A stretch of DNA of 27,441 nt, from positions 1 through 27,441 of IMG/VR virus record IMGVR_UViG_3300027850_000141; one strand, given 5' to 3'. The DNA comes from a virus. Taxonomy: Duplodnaviria; Caudoviricetes. Positions within the stretch are counted from its first letter, which is position 1. Every line of letters begins with the position of its first letter. The position numbers and the translations under genes were made by a program. A model generated the notes under the pieces. That model made no database searches. It had not been told where the DNA came from and saw only the letters and a list, made by a program, of their open reading frames with translations. This document shows, one piece after another, positions 8,036-17,410 of the stretch.

Positions 8036-8409
8036 CAGAACAGCATCATCCCATCTCTGTTCCTTGACTCTGTAGCGATTTGCTGGCCAAGAATCCGCGA
8101 CACCCGCAGCCTCAACTCTGCATACCGATCATCAATCCCTAACAGCCGTGACCCCTCTGACCACTCTAGCGATCCGGCCTTGATCAATGCGGCGTTAGCG
8201 CTACCCGCCTCCGTGCCCCTCGCTGCCGTTAGCGCGTCTAACTCTGTCAGATCAGCCTGCACTCGTGTGATCAGGGTTTCATCTGTTAGCGCGTCTAGTT
8301 GCCCTTGCACCAATTGATTGAGGTTACTGTAACTGCTGGCGAAACGGCTGTTTGTGGTATAGGCATTGTGCAGAATCACCCGCGCTTTATCGACTAGGTT
8401 CCACGGCAT
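8035..8409 (-). CDS. putative head completion / adaptor protein
   Basis: 124 aa, helical with an IKAGSLEW hairpin motif, overlaps both neighbours. Confidence 0.5.
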   Translation of the reverse strand: MPWNLVDKARVILHNAYTTNSRFASSYSNLNQLVQGQLDALTDETLITRVQADLTELDALTAARGTEAGSANAALIKAGSLEWSEGSRLLGIDDRYAELRLRVSRILGQQIATESRNRDGMMLF

Positions 8410-9913
8410 TAGGTGCGTCTCCTGTTAGTCCTAGAGAGGGCAAAGTTGTGCTGTTTGGCTGTGGAGGAATCGCCCCCGCTGCCGTCATTTCGTCTGTCCA
8501 CTCGCCCAACTCAATCAATTTGATCCGATATTGCGCGGCATTCATCCCGCCCGACAAGAAATTGTTAAACCAAAACGTCAGTTTCTCAGCACTCGCAGGG
8601 GCCGTAATCGCCGCATCGCTAACCGTAACGCCGCCCGCGCTGCCGTCAACTGGGAAGCTAGGATCTTGAAACCGTTTGACAAAATAGAATATCTGTGCTA
8701 TTGCGCTTTCCTTGCGTCTGGCGATCCCTTTTAGCGATAGCCGCGATTGGTTGGACTCAATCACAGCTTCGGTTGCAGTGCGCTCCACCTCCCCCCCAGT
8801 TAGGAAAGATTGGGCGATCGCATCCATCCTCGTTAGGCGATCGCGTTGCCCTTCACGGGTGCTGTTGAGCGCTGTGCAGGCAGGCTCTAGCAGTGTCATT
8901 TTGCCGCCGCCCTCCATTCTGCGAATCCGGCCTGACATCAGCATATCGCCGCTCTCGGTCGGTGCATTGTTGGGGTATTCTTCCACGACGATAGCAAAAT
9001 TGGATCGCGTTTCGGCTGTGTTTTGCTCACTCAGCTTATTAAAATATTCTAGGTTTAGGTCAACCAAGGGCATATATTCGGGAATGCCGCCGCCGATTAC
9101 GTCTGTATCGATCCCGTGGAAAAGGACAGGATCGCCGTACAGCGAATACCAGACCAGTGGCAGAGAGCCTAGTGGTTGACCCGTGGCATCTAGGATCGCG
9201 GTTGCTTCGGTAAACGGATCGACGACAATATTCCCCGTTGGCCGTCCGTCTTTAACCTCATCCCTCCAAACCTCAACAACCGCGCGATGTGATTGCATAT
9301 ACCCGGCGCGATTCAGAGGTTCGTCAAGCTCCTGTAGGCTATAAACCCAGTATTCGTTAAAGGTGGTCACGCCAAACCGACCCGCTGGCTCTGTTGCACT
9401 TCGGGCGATCGCCACTTGCATAATTTGCAAAACGCCGTCAATCTCACCCACGATTGGAGCGTAAATATCACGGATGCCAACGGTTATCAGACGCGCCCTA
9501 GATTCTGCCGTTGCCCGCGTCTTAGGGACGTCCACAATAACCAGCGCCGCATTATATAGGAGAGATTGCGAATCTAGGCTAAGCAGGTAAGCGACCAGAC
9601 TTTGGCGTTGCCCGTCTACATTCTCAATCCACTCTCTTATATCTAGCGGCGTATCTTCGTCAACTGAGTACTCCGACAAAAGCCCAGCGTGTGCTTTCAC
9701 GGCTGGTTTCAGCCTGTTTTCAAAAGCAACCGTCTCCACGCGCGCCCTATAAACCTGATCCACCTCGCCTAGCTGTTTGCGGAGATAACGTTCTTTTAGC
9801 GGCCTGTTGTGCAAACCAGAATAGCAATTAGAGACACGCTCCCACAGAGGCGTTAAAACGTCCGTCCAATAGGGCGGGCGATAGTCGGGTTTGTCAAACG
9901 GTTGTGAGGGCAT
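8387..9913 (-). CDS. portal protein (DUF4055-like)
   Basis: 508 aa right after TerL. Motifs YL..GE...YRAR, ENVDG, PLVDLNLEYF, ERTATEA. Confidence 0.85.
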   Translation of the reverse strand: MPSQPFDKPDYRPPYWTDVLTPLWERVSNCYSGLHNRPLKERYLRKQLGEVDQVYRARVETVAFENRLKPAVKAHAGLLSEYSVDEDTPLDIREWIENVDGQRQSLVAYLLSLDSQSLLYNAALVIVDVPKTRATAESRARLITVGIRDIYAPIVGEIDGVLQIMQVAIARSATEPAGRFGVTTFNEYWVYSLQELDEPLNRAGYMQSHRAVVEVWRDEVKDGRPTGNIVVDPFTEATAILDATGQPLGSLPLVWYSLYGDPVLFHGIDTDVIGGGIPEYMPLVDLNLEYFNKLSEQNTAETRSNFAIVVEEYPNNAPTESGDMLMSGRIRRMEGGGKMTLLEPACTALNSTREGQRDRLTRMDAIAQSFLTGGEVERTATEAVIESNQSRLSLKGIARRKESAIAQIFYFVKRFQDPSFPVDGSAGGVTVSDAAITAPASAEKLTFWFNNFLSGGMNAAQYRIKLIELGEWTDEMTAAGAIPPQPNSTTLPSLGLTGDAPNAVEPSR

Positions 9914-9961
9914 TTTGGTCAGGGCATTATGCAGAATTACCTGTAACTGGTTTAAGTGTGC

Positions 9962-11458
9962 CTACCAGATAGCCGCGCCCGCGTTGGATGTTCTGACAGG
10001 TGTACCGAGCATCAACTCTGTGAGCGCCCAAACCAGCGCATCGAGGCGGTTTGGGCTTTGCATCCCGTGCGTCCACTGGCACAATTCACGTTCCAAGTCT
10101 GGGTAGTTCCCCACGTGGTGCACCATCCCTTGCTGGTATTTTTGCTGAATTGGTTCCGCCCGAATGGCCTTACCCCTCGAGGCAGTCACTAACTTTACAT
10201 TGACACGGCGATCGCACGACCTAATCACCGTGGCGACCATATCACCGCCGTAGTTAGCCTCACACGCAACGCAATCGCCTTGCAGTAGGTTGTACCGGGC
10301 GACCACATCAGCCCCCCATTCTGCTGAGGTGCCGGTCGTTGAGTCGTCTGCCAGAACATAGGCGTGGCCAGTAATATCAAGCCCTGCTGCGATGATGCCT
10401 GTCTCGGTGCCCGTACCGCCGGAAGGGTCAACACCTAGCACAATCCTAATTAGTGCAGGATGGCTAGACACGCGATAAGGCACAATGTCGCGTGACTTAT
10501 CCCATAGCCCTCCATCGGGTTCATCCTCATGCTGAGATTCTGCGAGAAAAGCACGAAGCCCCCATTCATTGATCTGGCTTTCACAGACTGCCAATGACTG
10601 CCCTTCTTCCCAAGTGGCTGTACCGCCAATGATCCTGTACCGCGCTGATTGACCCTCGCCGTCTAGCCTATATTCCAGATCTCTCACAGCAGGTTCAATG
10701 GTCACCCGTGCCCCTAGCGCTATCTCTGCCGTGCCGTCTGCAACACGGGCGATCGCCGATCTGCTGTGGATCATATTTTGTGCAAACAACAGGCCAGCAT
10801 CTACCGACCCTGCCGGAAGGATGGCACTGCTTATGGTTCTCAGCCTTTTCTGTGTGGCGTTTTCGCTGTCGTTTTTGCTGTCGATGTCGTCCAAAATAAT
10901 CAGATCAGGCCGGAACTGACCTAGACGCGCCCCTCGAACACTGCTGTCTAAACCCACAGATATAGCGCCCCACCCGTTCTCGGTTTGGATGCGGCGGGCT
11001 GTCCACCCTACTGAAGATGAGTAAACATTGACAGCGCGGCGGATTCCAATCTGTTCAAGGAAACCAGCGATAGATTGGATATGCAGATCGGCCTGATCCT
11101 GTGTGCCACAGACGTACAGCACAAAACGCCGCGATAGGGTCAGGGCTGTGTATGACGCGATGAGTTCGGCCATTGTCGATTTAGCTCCACCCCGTGGCCA
11201 AATCTCAACACGCGGCGGCGGCTTCGTCCCAGCGCTAAAGTCTGCCGCCCAGTCCCAAACAGAGATATGGCGATCGCCCATAGGGATCAGCGTATCTGGC
11301 AATAGCCGCGCCATCGTATCGGCAGGATGTTCCCCACGGCGCGGGCGGTAGATTTCAGGTACAGGGCGATCGCGTTTGTTGGATCGGATGCCCAAGCTTT
11401 GCGTGACGGCTTCGTTCGAGCGGGCGATCGCATACGCCAACGGGTTAAATTTCCCCAT
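9962..11458 (-). CDS. terL: terminase large subunit
   Basis: Walker A PRGGAKST, VRG..PDLIILDD, and RNase H-like nuclease motifs GVDP, EANYGG, GKAIRAEP, SPNRLDALVWA. Confidence 0.95.
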   Translation of the reverse strand: MGKFNPLAYAIARSNEAVTQSLGIRSNKRDRPVPEIYRPRRGEHPADTMARLLPDTLIPMGDRHISVWDWAADFSAGTKPPPRVEIWPRGGAKSTMAELIASYTALTLSRRFVLYVCGTQDQADLHIQSIAGFLEQIGIRRAVNVYSSSVGWTARRIQTENGWGAISVGLDSSVRGARLGQFRPDLIILDDIDSKNDSENATQKRLRTISSAILPAGSVDAGLLFAQNMIHSRSAIARVADGTAEIALGARVTIEPAVRDLEYRLDGEGQSARYRIIGGTATWEEGQSLAVCESQINEWGLRAFLAESQHEDEPDGGLWDKSRDIVPYRVSSHPALIRIVLGVDPSGGTGTETGIIAAGLDITGHAYVLADDSTTGTSAEWGADVVARYNLLQGDCVACEANYGGDMVATVIRSCDRRVNVKLVTASRGKAIRAEPIQQKYQQGMVHHVGNYPDLERELCQWTHGMQSPNRLDALVWALTELMLGTPVRTSNAGAAIW

Positions 11459-11939
11459 CTTCCATCCGCTGCAGCAATTCGGTAACGCCCAACGTTAGCG
11501 CCCAACCCTCGAACCCTTGTCCTAACAGGCGATCGGCGGCTAGGACAAGCGGGGCAATGTCCTTCATACCGATCGACTCCTCTGGCAGATCATCAAAGCG
11601 CGCGCCCGCTTTTTGGAACATTTTGATCCCGCGATTGATCCGCGTTTTGTACGATGCCCTCAGCGCCTGCTGAAATTCCAACAAGTCCGCTTTGTACTGT
11701 GCGATAACTTTGTCCTGTACTTCGTCCGCAGCCTCTTGATACCTACCCCTAGAACGCTCCTGCCGCCGCTCGATTTCAGAGGCTAACTCAGCGGCGAACG
11801 CCGGGCTGTGATTGCACCATCGGTTGACTGTAATCCTGTTCAGTCCTAGTCGCTCAGCTGTAGCGCCCTGTGTCAAACCCTCAGACAGGCAGGCGATCGC
11901 ATTCTCTTGATCTCTAGTCAGGGGCTGGATTTGAGTCAT
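11445..11939 (-). CDS. terS: terminase small subunit (N-terminal HTH)
   Basis: HTH GLTQGATAERLGLNRITVNRW followed by helical segments; overlaps the terL start. Confidence 0.75.
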   Translation of the reverse strand: MTQIQPLTRDQENAIACLSEGLTQGATAERLGLNRITVNRWCNHSPAFAAELASEIERRQERSRGRYQEAADEVQDKVIAQYKADLLEFQQALRASYKTRINRGIKMFQKAGARFDDLPEESIGMKDIAPLVLAADRLLGQGFEGWALTLGVTELLQRMEDGEI

Positions 11940-11983
11940 GTAGCGTTCTGTTCAGGATAGTAGCGCGGCTGTTACTATCGTGC

Positions 11984-12220
11984 CTATTTCCTGTTCTCCT
12001 GCCATGAAGGCCAGTCAGCGGATTTTTCCATCAGGAAGTCGATCGCTTTCCTGATCAGATATGAGTTTGATTCGGGGTAGCTATCTAGCCATTCCTTTTG
12101 ATCAGTCCTTAGCCGTATGGTAGTTGGCACGGTTTCACCCGGATTGTCGGGCGCGGGCGTTTTGACTAGCCCTGACAGATTCCATTCGCCGCCGCCCTCG
12201 CTTTTAGATTTCCTACCCAT
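11984..12220 (-). CDS. ribbon-helix-helix regulator
   Basis: TTIRLRTDQKEWLD...SYLIRKAIDFLM; AAGGA RBS. Confidence 0.75.
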   Translation of the reverse strand: MGRKSKSEGGGEWNLSGLVKTPAPDNPGETVPTTIRLRTDQKEWLDSYPESNSYLIRKAIDFLMEKSADWPSWQENRK

Positions 12221-12251
12221 GTCGCTATCCTTTGCTGTGCTGTGCTGAGTA

Positions 12252-12413
12252 CTAAGGGCGGGGCGCTACTTCATGGCCTGCCTTGATTAGCTTTTCAGCT
12301 TTAGCAGCGGTGCAAACTAAGTACTTCTGACCTTCGCCCATGATGACCATCATCATTTTGTCTGCTTTGTCTGCGTAGCTGTATGCGAGGGTTAGCGAGT
12401 TGAACTGAGTCAT
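12252..12413 (-). CDS. 53-aa hypothetical protein (MTQFNSLTLAYSYADKADKMMMVIMGEGQKYLVCTAAKAEKLIKAGHEVAPRP)
   Basis: Hand translation. AGGA RBS, first gene behind a consensus promoter. Below the ORF track cutoff. Confidence 0.75.
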   Translation of the reverse strand: MTQFNSLTLAYSYADKADKMMMVIMGEGQKYLVCTAAKAEKLIKAGHEVAPRP

Positions 12414-12447
12414 GGGGTTATGTCCTAAACTGTTTCTCTACTTCTCT

Positions 12448-12476
12448 ATAATAGGGTATACACCGTAAAAATGCAA
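12448..12476 (-). promoter_or_regulatory. sigma70-type promoter TTGCAT-17-TATTAT
   Basis: -35 at 12471-12476, -10 at 12448-12453. Near-palindrome GGTATACACC in the spacer. Confidence 0.75.
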
Positions 12477-12503
12477 TAGCTATTTTGAGATAATTGCGGT
12501 TTC

Positions 12504-13790
12504 CTACAAATGGCCTACCAGTTCAGGCACTACGCCCGTGAGTTTCGTGAACCGTTGTAGCACGACCTCGCAATAGTCGGGCGATAGTTCAAATCCGTAG
12601 ACCGTGCGATCGCCGTTCATCTGTTGCGCGGCGATGATTGACGGGGCGCTACCTAGGAACGGATCAAAGATTAGATCGTCGGGCTTGCCATATTTCTCGA
12701 ATACCCATTCAGCGAGGGCAACTGGCTTTTGGGTTGGGTGAACCCTTTTTTGTCCATGTTCAGAGGCTTTGATCATGCCATGCCATTGGTGTCTAAATAC
12801 ATCTAGCTTTACCCCTTTGTTTGCGTATGCTATCTCAGCACCACTAAAAGTGTCACCCTCTCTCTCTTTGTCCCAAACTATCCACCCAAAGCCGTCACCT
12901 AAAACAGACGGATAATAATTCGCTCCCCAAAATATTTGAGTTGCATTTTTGAATAACCGATTTACCAAATAAAAACTATCTTTAGCTACCGATGTATCTC
13001 CATCACCTAATATTTCCCCAAAATCGTTACTAGCTGCGGAACCCTGAATTCCCTTTCCACTGTGATTAATCCCATACGGCGGATCAGCCCACACCATACC
13101 CACCGTGCGATCGCCCAACAACGTCCTAACATTGCCCTCATCGGTCGAATCACCACAACAGATCCGATGCCGCCCCAATTGCCAGATCTCACCCGGCTTT
13201 ACACGGCTGGCGATTTTGCCCTCATCCGCATCAGCTAGCAGATCAGAAACGGCCTTTTCGTCCTCCTCCGTTTCGCCGATTTCGGATGAGTCATCCTGTC
13301 CTAACGCAAAATTGATTTCCTCTTCGGTGAATAGAGTCGCTGGTAAGCTTTGCCCCAACTCTGCCAAAACCTGCAAATCCACCGCAAACTGTTCAGGGTC
13401 AAGATCGTAGTTTAGCTGTGCAGATCTATTATCTGCATGAGCGGCGGCGATCGCAGCCGGATCTCTAGCGTCTGTCCAATCTGTTCGCCGGGTGGCTACT
13501 CCCACATCGCCCTCAACATCGACCTCGATCCACGCCAGGGCTACCCCGTTAGCGACCGCGCTTTCGTAAGCGTGATTGCCATTAACGACCGTACCATCGG
13601 CGGCTACGACTATGCCCCTGTGCAACCCTGAAAGTTGTAGAGACTCGTCTAATGCAGCCACCCCGCGCGGTTTGCCACGGTTGCTATTGCTAGGGTTGGG
13701 GGAGTAGGCTTCTGCGGATCTAGCCCTGATTGTGACCACACGGCCATCAGGTAGGGTGATGTTCTGCTCTTGTGGGTTGGCGGATTTCAT
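12504..13790 (-). CDS. ParB-like N-terminal domain plus N4/N6 DNA methyltransferase
   Basis: VVNGNH and ADNRSA (ParB-like), WQLGRHRICCGDST, DPPY, HPTQKP, DPFLGS. Typical position upstream of terS. Confidence 0.9.
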   Translation of the reverse strand: MKSANPQEQNITLPDGRVVTIRARSAEAYSPNPSNSNRGKPRGVAALDESLQLSGLHRGIVVAADGTVVNGNHAYESAVANGVALAWIEVDVEGDVGVATRRTDWTDARDPAAIAAAHADNRSAQLNYDLDPEQFAVDLQVLAELGQSLPATLFTEEEINFALGQDDSSEIGETEEDEKAVSDLLADADEGKIASRVKPGEIWQLGRHRICCGDSTDEGNVRTLLGDRTVGMVWADPPYGINHSGKGIQGSAASNDFGEILGDGDTSVAKDSFYLVNRLFKNATQIFWGANYYPSVLGDGFGWIVWDKEREGDTFSGAEIAYANKGVKLDVFRHQWHGMIKASEHGQKRVHPTQKPVALAEWVFEKYGKPDDLIFDPFLGSAPSIIAAQQMNGDRTVYGFELSPDYCEVVLQRFTKLTGVVPELVGHL

Positions 13791-14170
13791 TGTGTGTCTC
13801 TATAGCAGTCGATCAAATCAATTAGGACGCGGCATGACGCAAGCGACATGATCCGCATCTTAAGCAGGGCAGACACGTAGGAACCGCGCCCCTGAACCTT
13901 CATGGCATCCGCCATCCTAGGGATCACGTTTGGGTGGACGCTTTCGGGGTCGTCACTTAGTAGCGCATAAAACGCATCATTTTGTAGCGCCGTGACAAGT
14001 TGCAGCATCGCGCCCTCGAACATCGTGGGGTCTAGGTCTAACCTCACACAGATCTGGCTTGCGGCATCGGCGCTGTAGTAGGCCAGGTAATAGTCAATCA
14101 GTCTTTGGTTACTCAGATCGGCAACCTCTGAGACACTGAGGATCTGCCATTCCTCCTGTTGCTTCGTCAT
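13787..14170 (-). CDS. hypothetical protein
   Basis: ATGA overlaps at both ends. Confidence 0.7.
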   Translation of the reverse strand: MTKQQEEWQILSVSEVADLSNQRLIDYYLAYYSADAASQICVRLDLDPTMFEGAMLQLVTALQNDAFYALLSDDPESVHPNVIPRMADAMKVQGRGSYVSALLKMRIMSLASCRVLIDLIDCYRDTQ

Positions 14171-14964
14171 CGTGTCACCCCGGCGCTAACCCACTCCTCT
14201 AGATCCTCCAATAACTCGATCCCGGTTGACCGATACACCCCACTGGTTTGGGGGATAACCTGCCGGGTGTAGCCGATCGCCCGTCCTAGCAACGCCTCTA
14301 ACTGTTCGAGCCGCGACAATAGGATTGACTCAGAATAGCCAACAGATTGAGGGACAGCGGTAGTCCGAACGTCTGCACGAACGGCGGCGGGCGGTTGCGT
14401 GATTAGGTCGCTGATTGGGATTCGCTGGATGCCATCGTCCGATGCGATCGTGACAGTACCCGATGAGCGATCGCCGTCGATGACGGTGCCTGAGATTGTA
14501 GGGGTAGAAACAGAGTCGCCGATCGCTAGCAACAGGGATTCCTGGTTAGGATGACGCCACGATTGCAGCGTTCTGACATTGACTTGGTGACCAGACTCTG
14601 CAACCGAAAGCGCCCGGTCAACGATACGCTGGTCGGCGGTGGCGAGTTGGTTGAAAGCTGCCTCAGTGATTGGCAGAATCTCAATTCCCTCAACATGGCC
14701 GAAGCGCTTGTAGAGGGCAATCAGCTTAGTGGCAGTCGCGGGGTCAATGCCCACGCAGACCTCTAACCATGATTCGAACAATCTCGCATCCGTTGTCCAT
14801 GTCTGCGCTCTCATCTCTAGCAGCAATTTACCAGCGTTCAACGCCGCGATCCGGCCTGTTTTCATGCACCCTTGGATCAGCCGCGCGTCTTGCTGTGCCT
14901 TGTCTCTACAGGCTGCGGGTAGGCTGGTATATTCAAAAATTTGCAGTTGAACCGAGGCATTCAT
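14167..14964 (-). CDS. DUF3102-like protein
   Basis: AGKLLLEMR...LFESWLEVCVGIDPATATKLIALYKRFG pattern. Confidence 0.65.
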   Translation of the reverse strand: MNASVQLQIFEYTSLPAACRDKAQQDARLIQGCMKTGRIAALNAGKLLLEMRAQTWTTDARLFESWLEVCVGIDPATATKLIALYKRFGHVEGIEILPITEAAFNQLATADQRIVDRALSVAESGHQVNVRTLQSWRHPNQESLLLAIGDSVSTPTISGTVIDGDRSSGTVTIASDDGIQRIPISDLITQPPAAVRADVRTTAVPQSVGYSESILLSRLEQLEALLGRAIGYTRQVIPQTSGVYRSTGIELLEDLEEWVSAGVTR

Positions 14965-15688
14965 ACGCAATTCGTTCCCGCCCTATTTGAATGTTTTTCT
15001 GCACTGTCTCGATCGATTGTCCCAACTCTAGCGCTATATCCTCAACAGTCCGCTCCTCAATAAAGTGCCGAACGCAAGCAAGTATCACAAGCGCGGGTAG
15101 CCTTTGGAGCGCGGCGGTAACGGGGGAAAATGCCCCCACCGTTTCCGCCTCTAGTTGTGGCGCTTCGGCTATGCAGTCTAGGGCGATCGGGTTTTGGCGT
15201 GCCCGCTCTGCCGCTATTTCTTCCCAGCGTTTAAGCGGAATCCCTAGACTCAGCGCAGCGTCAGACCGTGGGCGATTAATCCCTAAGCTGAGCCATTTGC
15301 GGTGTCTCGTTAGGACGCGAGAATACAGCGGCGCGTTAGTCTGATTCCTCTTACACCCCGTGTGTGGGTCGGGGGAGCGATCGCGGTGGTGACTGAGTTC
15401 GCCGTTGATTATCGGGATCGCGTAGCTCGAAAAGCTATAGCCTAGGCTAGGGTTAAACCGCTCCACAGCTTTGATCAAACCAACACGCGCAATCTGCAAC
15501 AGGTCGGGGTACGGGGTCGCCTGGATTTTGGCCGCTTTACTAGCTGCCTGAGTGGCAAGCCTGTCGTTAGCGACAATTATTTGATCGCGCAACTTGATTG
15601 ACGGAGCGCTGTGATATTGCGCCAACAACGCCGTTATTTCGGCACCTCGAACCGTTAACACTCTAGGCATAGGGCGGGGGTGGGACAT
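14933..15688 (-). CDS. phage-encoded alternative RNA polymerase sigma factor (SigF/SigB-like)
   Basis: Region 2 DLLQIARVGLIKAVERFNPSLGYSFSSYAIPIINGE and region 4 HTH TVEDIALELGQSIETVQK. ATG 15688 follows GAGGG. Confidence 0.85.
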   Translation of the reverse strand: MSHPRPMPRVLTVRGAEITALLAQYHSAPSIKLRDQIIVANDRLATQAASKAAKIQATPYPDLLQIARVGLIKAVERFNPSLGYSFSSYAIPIINGELSHHRDRSPDPHTGCKRNQTNAPLYSRVLTRHRKWLSLGINRPRSDAALSLGIPLKRWEEIAAERARQNPIALDCIAEAPQLEAETVGAFSPVTAALQRLPALVILACVRHFIEERTVEDIALELGQSIETVQKNIQIGRERIAYECLGSTANF

Positions 15689-15760
15689 GGTACACACCCT
15701 CAAATCTAGCACTACAGAACGAAACACCATAGGCACAATAGCGAAAACAAGGGCGGGCAG

Positions 15761-16000
15761 TTGATAAATCCGGCGAAGTGGGCTGTATACGTGTTTGCGT
15801 TAGTGTTGACGCTACCAATCCCGTTACTGTGTTTTGAGCGTAACGAGTCAGGGCAATTCCAACCCAACAGTGATCCGCCAACCGCCCTAATATTTGGTCT
15901 AGCTGTGTTCGCTAGCGCGGCGTTGGGTATACAGATCCCAAGAGAAGCGATCGCCCATGTCCTCCACCTCCCAAACCAAGCGCCCCCCAAAAATGAATGA
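15761..16000 (+). CDS. small two-TM membrane protein, holin candidate
   Basis: Two hydrophobic segments (WAVYVFALVLTLPIPLL and ALIFGLAVFASAALGI). TAGGCACAAT motif at 15730-15739. Confidence 0.5.
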   Translation: MINPAKWAVYVFALVLTLPIPLLCFERNESGQFQPNSDPPTALIFGLAVFASAALGIQIPREAIAHVLHLPNQAPPKNE

Positions 16001-16217
16001 CTCCGAATGCGACTCAGGAATCCCAAACCCACGCCCGCCAAACACCCCAACCTCACAGCAGAGTTTACCGTTGATTGCAGGGTCGCCAACGCTATTGTCA
16101 GATTCTTGGGATACAGCAGACGTGCCGCCGAAATACTACCATGCGATAGATCGCCTCATCCAGAAGCGATTGCGTACCTGCAGGATAGCGAAAACAGACT
16201 TCCCCGCAAAAAGCTGA
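15993..16217 (+). CDS. hypothetical protein
   Basis: ATGAATGA overlap with the upstream gene. Confidence 0.45.
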   Translation: MNDSECDSGIPNPRPPNTPTSQQSLPLIAGSPTLLSDSWDTADVPPKYYHAIDRLIQKRLRTCRIAKTDFPAKS

Positions 16218-16240
16218 TCACAGATTTGTTTTTAGGCAAA

Positions 16241-16537
16241 GTGAACCACTGCGTTTTGTTTGAGGCAAAACTACACAACCCAGACCGCAGCGTGACACTG
16301 ATCAAAATGCCATTGTCGATAGTGCTAGAGGGCTACAAAAGCGAGGCCGTACTGAGGGCGATGGTTAAATTCTGCGCTTGGCAGGCGTTAGAGATCAAGC
16401 CCGGTGAAGTGCTGTTTCGCGATGATATTTTGAGCATCCTTGAGGAGGATGTGCTGAAAACGCAGACCCTTCACGCCCGGATCTATTGGATGTCCGCACT
16501 ACTGGCAAAGTATGCCAATATTTGCAAGATCCGGTAG
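16241..16537 (+). CDS. hypothetical protein
   Basis: GTG start after TAGG avoids overlap with 15993..16217. The longer 16007 start is possible. Confidence 0.5.
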   Translation: MNHCVLFEAKLHNPDRSVTLIKMPLSIVLEGYKSEAVLRAMVKFCAWQALEIKPGEVLFRDDILSILEEDVLKTQTLHARIYWMSALLAKYANICKIR

Positions 16538-16539
16538 GC

Positions 16540-16947
16540 TTAACCCTCGATCTTAAGATTCAAGTGCAGAATAACCGATTCCTCATAGCTGCCGTGTGCG
16601 ATCGCCGCTAACTCGCTGACGGCCTCATCTAGCCCATCCCTCAGCACGGGACACTCTGGCTCTTCATCTAGCAACCGTTGCACGTATAGCTTTTGGCCTG
16701 TCCAGTACTCTAAAGGGTTGCCTGCTGGGGGCTTGGCAATCTCTGCAATCTTCGGGGTTAGATCGCCAATAGATTGCAAAAAGTCCTTGCACATTTCGGT
16801 ATCGCTATAGGTGCCGTTGGCGATCGCCTCTAGCGCCTCGTCCGCCGCCTGTAATTCCTGTTTTAGTCCAGTGCCATTTGGGTATTCGATAAGCAGTCGC
16901 TCGATGTCAATCTTGTGTGCTGTCCAGATCTCTAGAGATGATTGCAT
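16540..16947 (-). CDS. acidic hypothetical protein with a two-fold internal repeat
   Basis: LEIWTAHKIDIERLL...LEAIANGTY vs LEYWTGQKLYVQRLL...LAAIAHGSY. Confidence 0.75.
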   Translation of the reverse strand: MQSSLEIWTAHKIDIERLLIEYPNGTGLKQELQAADEALEAIANGTYSDTEMCKDFLQSIGDLTPKIAEIAKPPAGNPLEYWTGQKLYVQRLLDEEPECPVLRDGLDEAVSELAAIAHGSYEESVILHLNLKIEG

Positions 16948-17395
16948 TTGTTTTCTTCTTTAATAGCCAATCTAGTAACTCATTCACATCATCCGCCCGA
17001 AACGTCCCTTCTTCCTCTAGGCCGTCCGAACACTTCAAAAACTCTAGCGGGCTGTCCATTGCGGCTGGCACAATGAGTTGCAGTTGATTGTGTGTGAATC
17101 TGCGGCCAGCCCAATCAAACAGGATCGCTCCATAACAGGGCGCAATGAATGGCGCGATCTGTGCTGCGTTGAGCCTTTTCACTAATGCGTAGTGGCAGAT
17201 CTTTAGGTACAGGGTGGACGCACGACGACAATGCGGCATCGAAAACCCCGGCGCTCCGTATCCATCCCAGTCATCGCCCAGTGTTGGGAGGATTTGCAAT
17301 CGTTGCAAGGGGTCGATATTGGTTGCCCAGTCGAATGCCATAATTTTAATATTGGGATCGTTTCTATATTTGCAACTCAGATCGCTGAGTTGCAA
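16907..17395 (-). CDS. hypothetical protein of the widespread L-x-D-x-WDGYGA family
   Basis: LGDDWDGYGAP...PFIAP..GAILFDW pattern. Confidence 0.7.
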   Translation of the reverse strand: MQLSDLSCKYRNDPNIKIMAFDWATNIDPLQRLQILPTLGDDWDGYGAPGFSMPHCRRASTLYLKICHYALVKRLNAAQIAPFIAPCYGAILFDWAGRRFTHNQLQLIVPAAMDSPLEFLKCSDGLEEEGTFRADDVNELLDWLLKKKTNAIISRDLDSTQD

Positions 17396-17410
17396 ATATC
17401 GGCTATATTT

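Noticed and set aside
6328-11458. Diversity-generating retroelement TR/VR pair or assembly duplication explaining the two terL copies
   Set aside because: Differences are spread across all bases over ~830 nt, both copies are open, and no reverse transcriptase is present. The divergence is far too high for a misassembly.
15712-16089. 125-aa minus-strand ORF
   Set aside because: It overlaps plus-strand ORFs that have a promoter motif and start/stop coupling. Not fully excluded.
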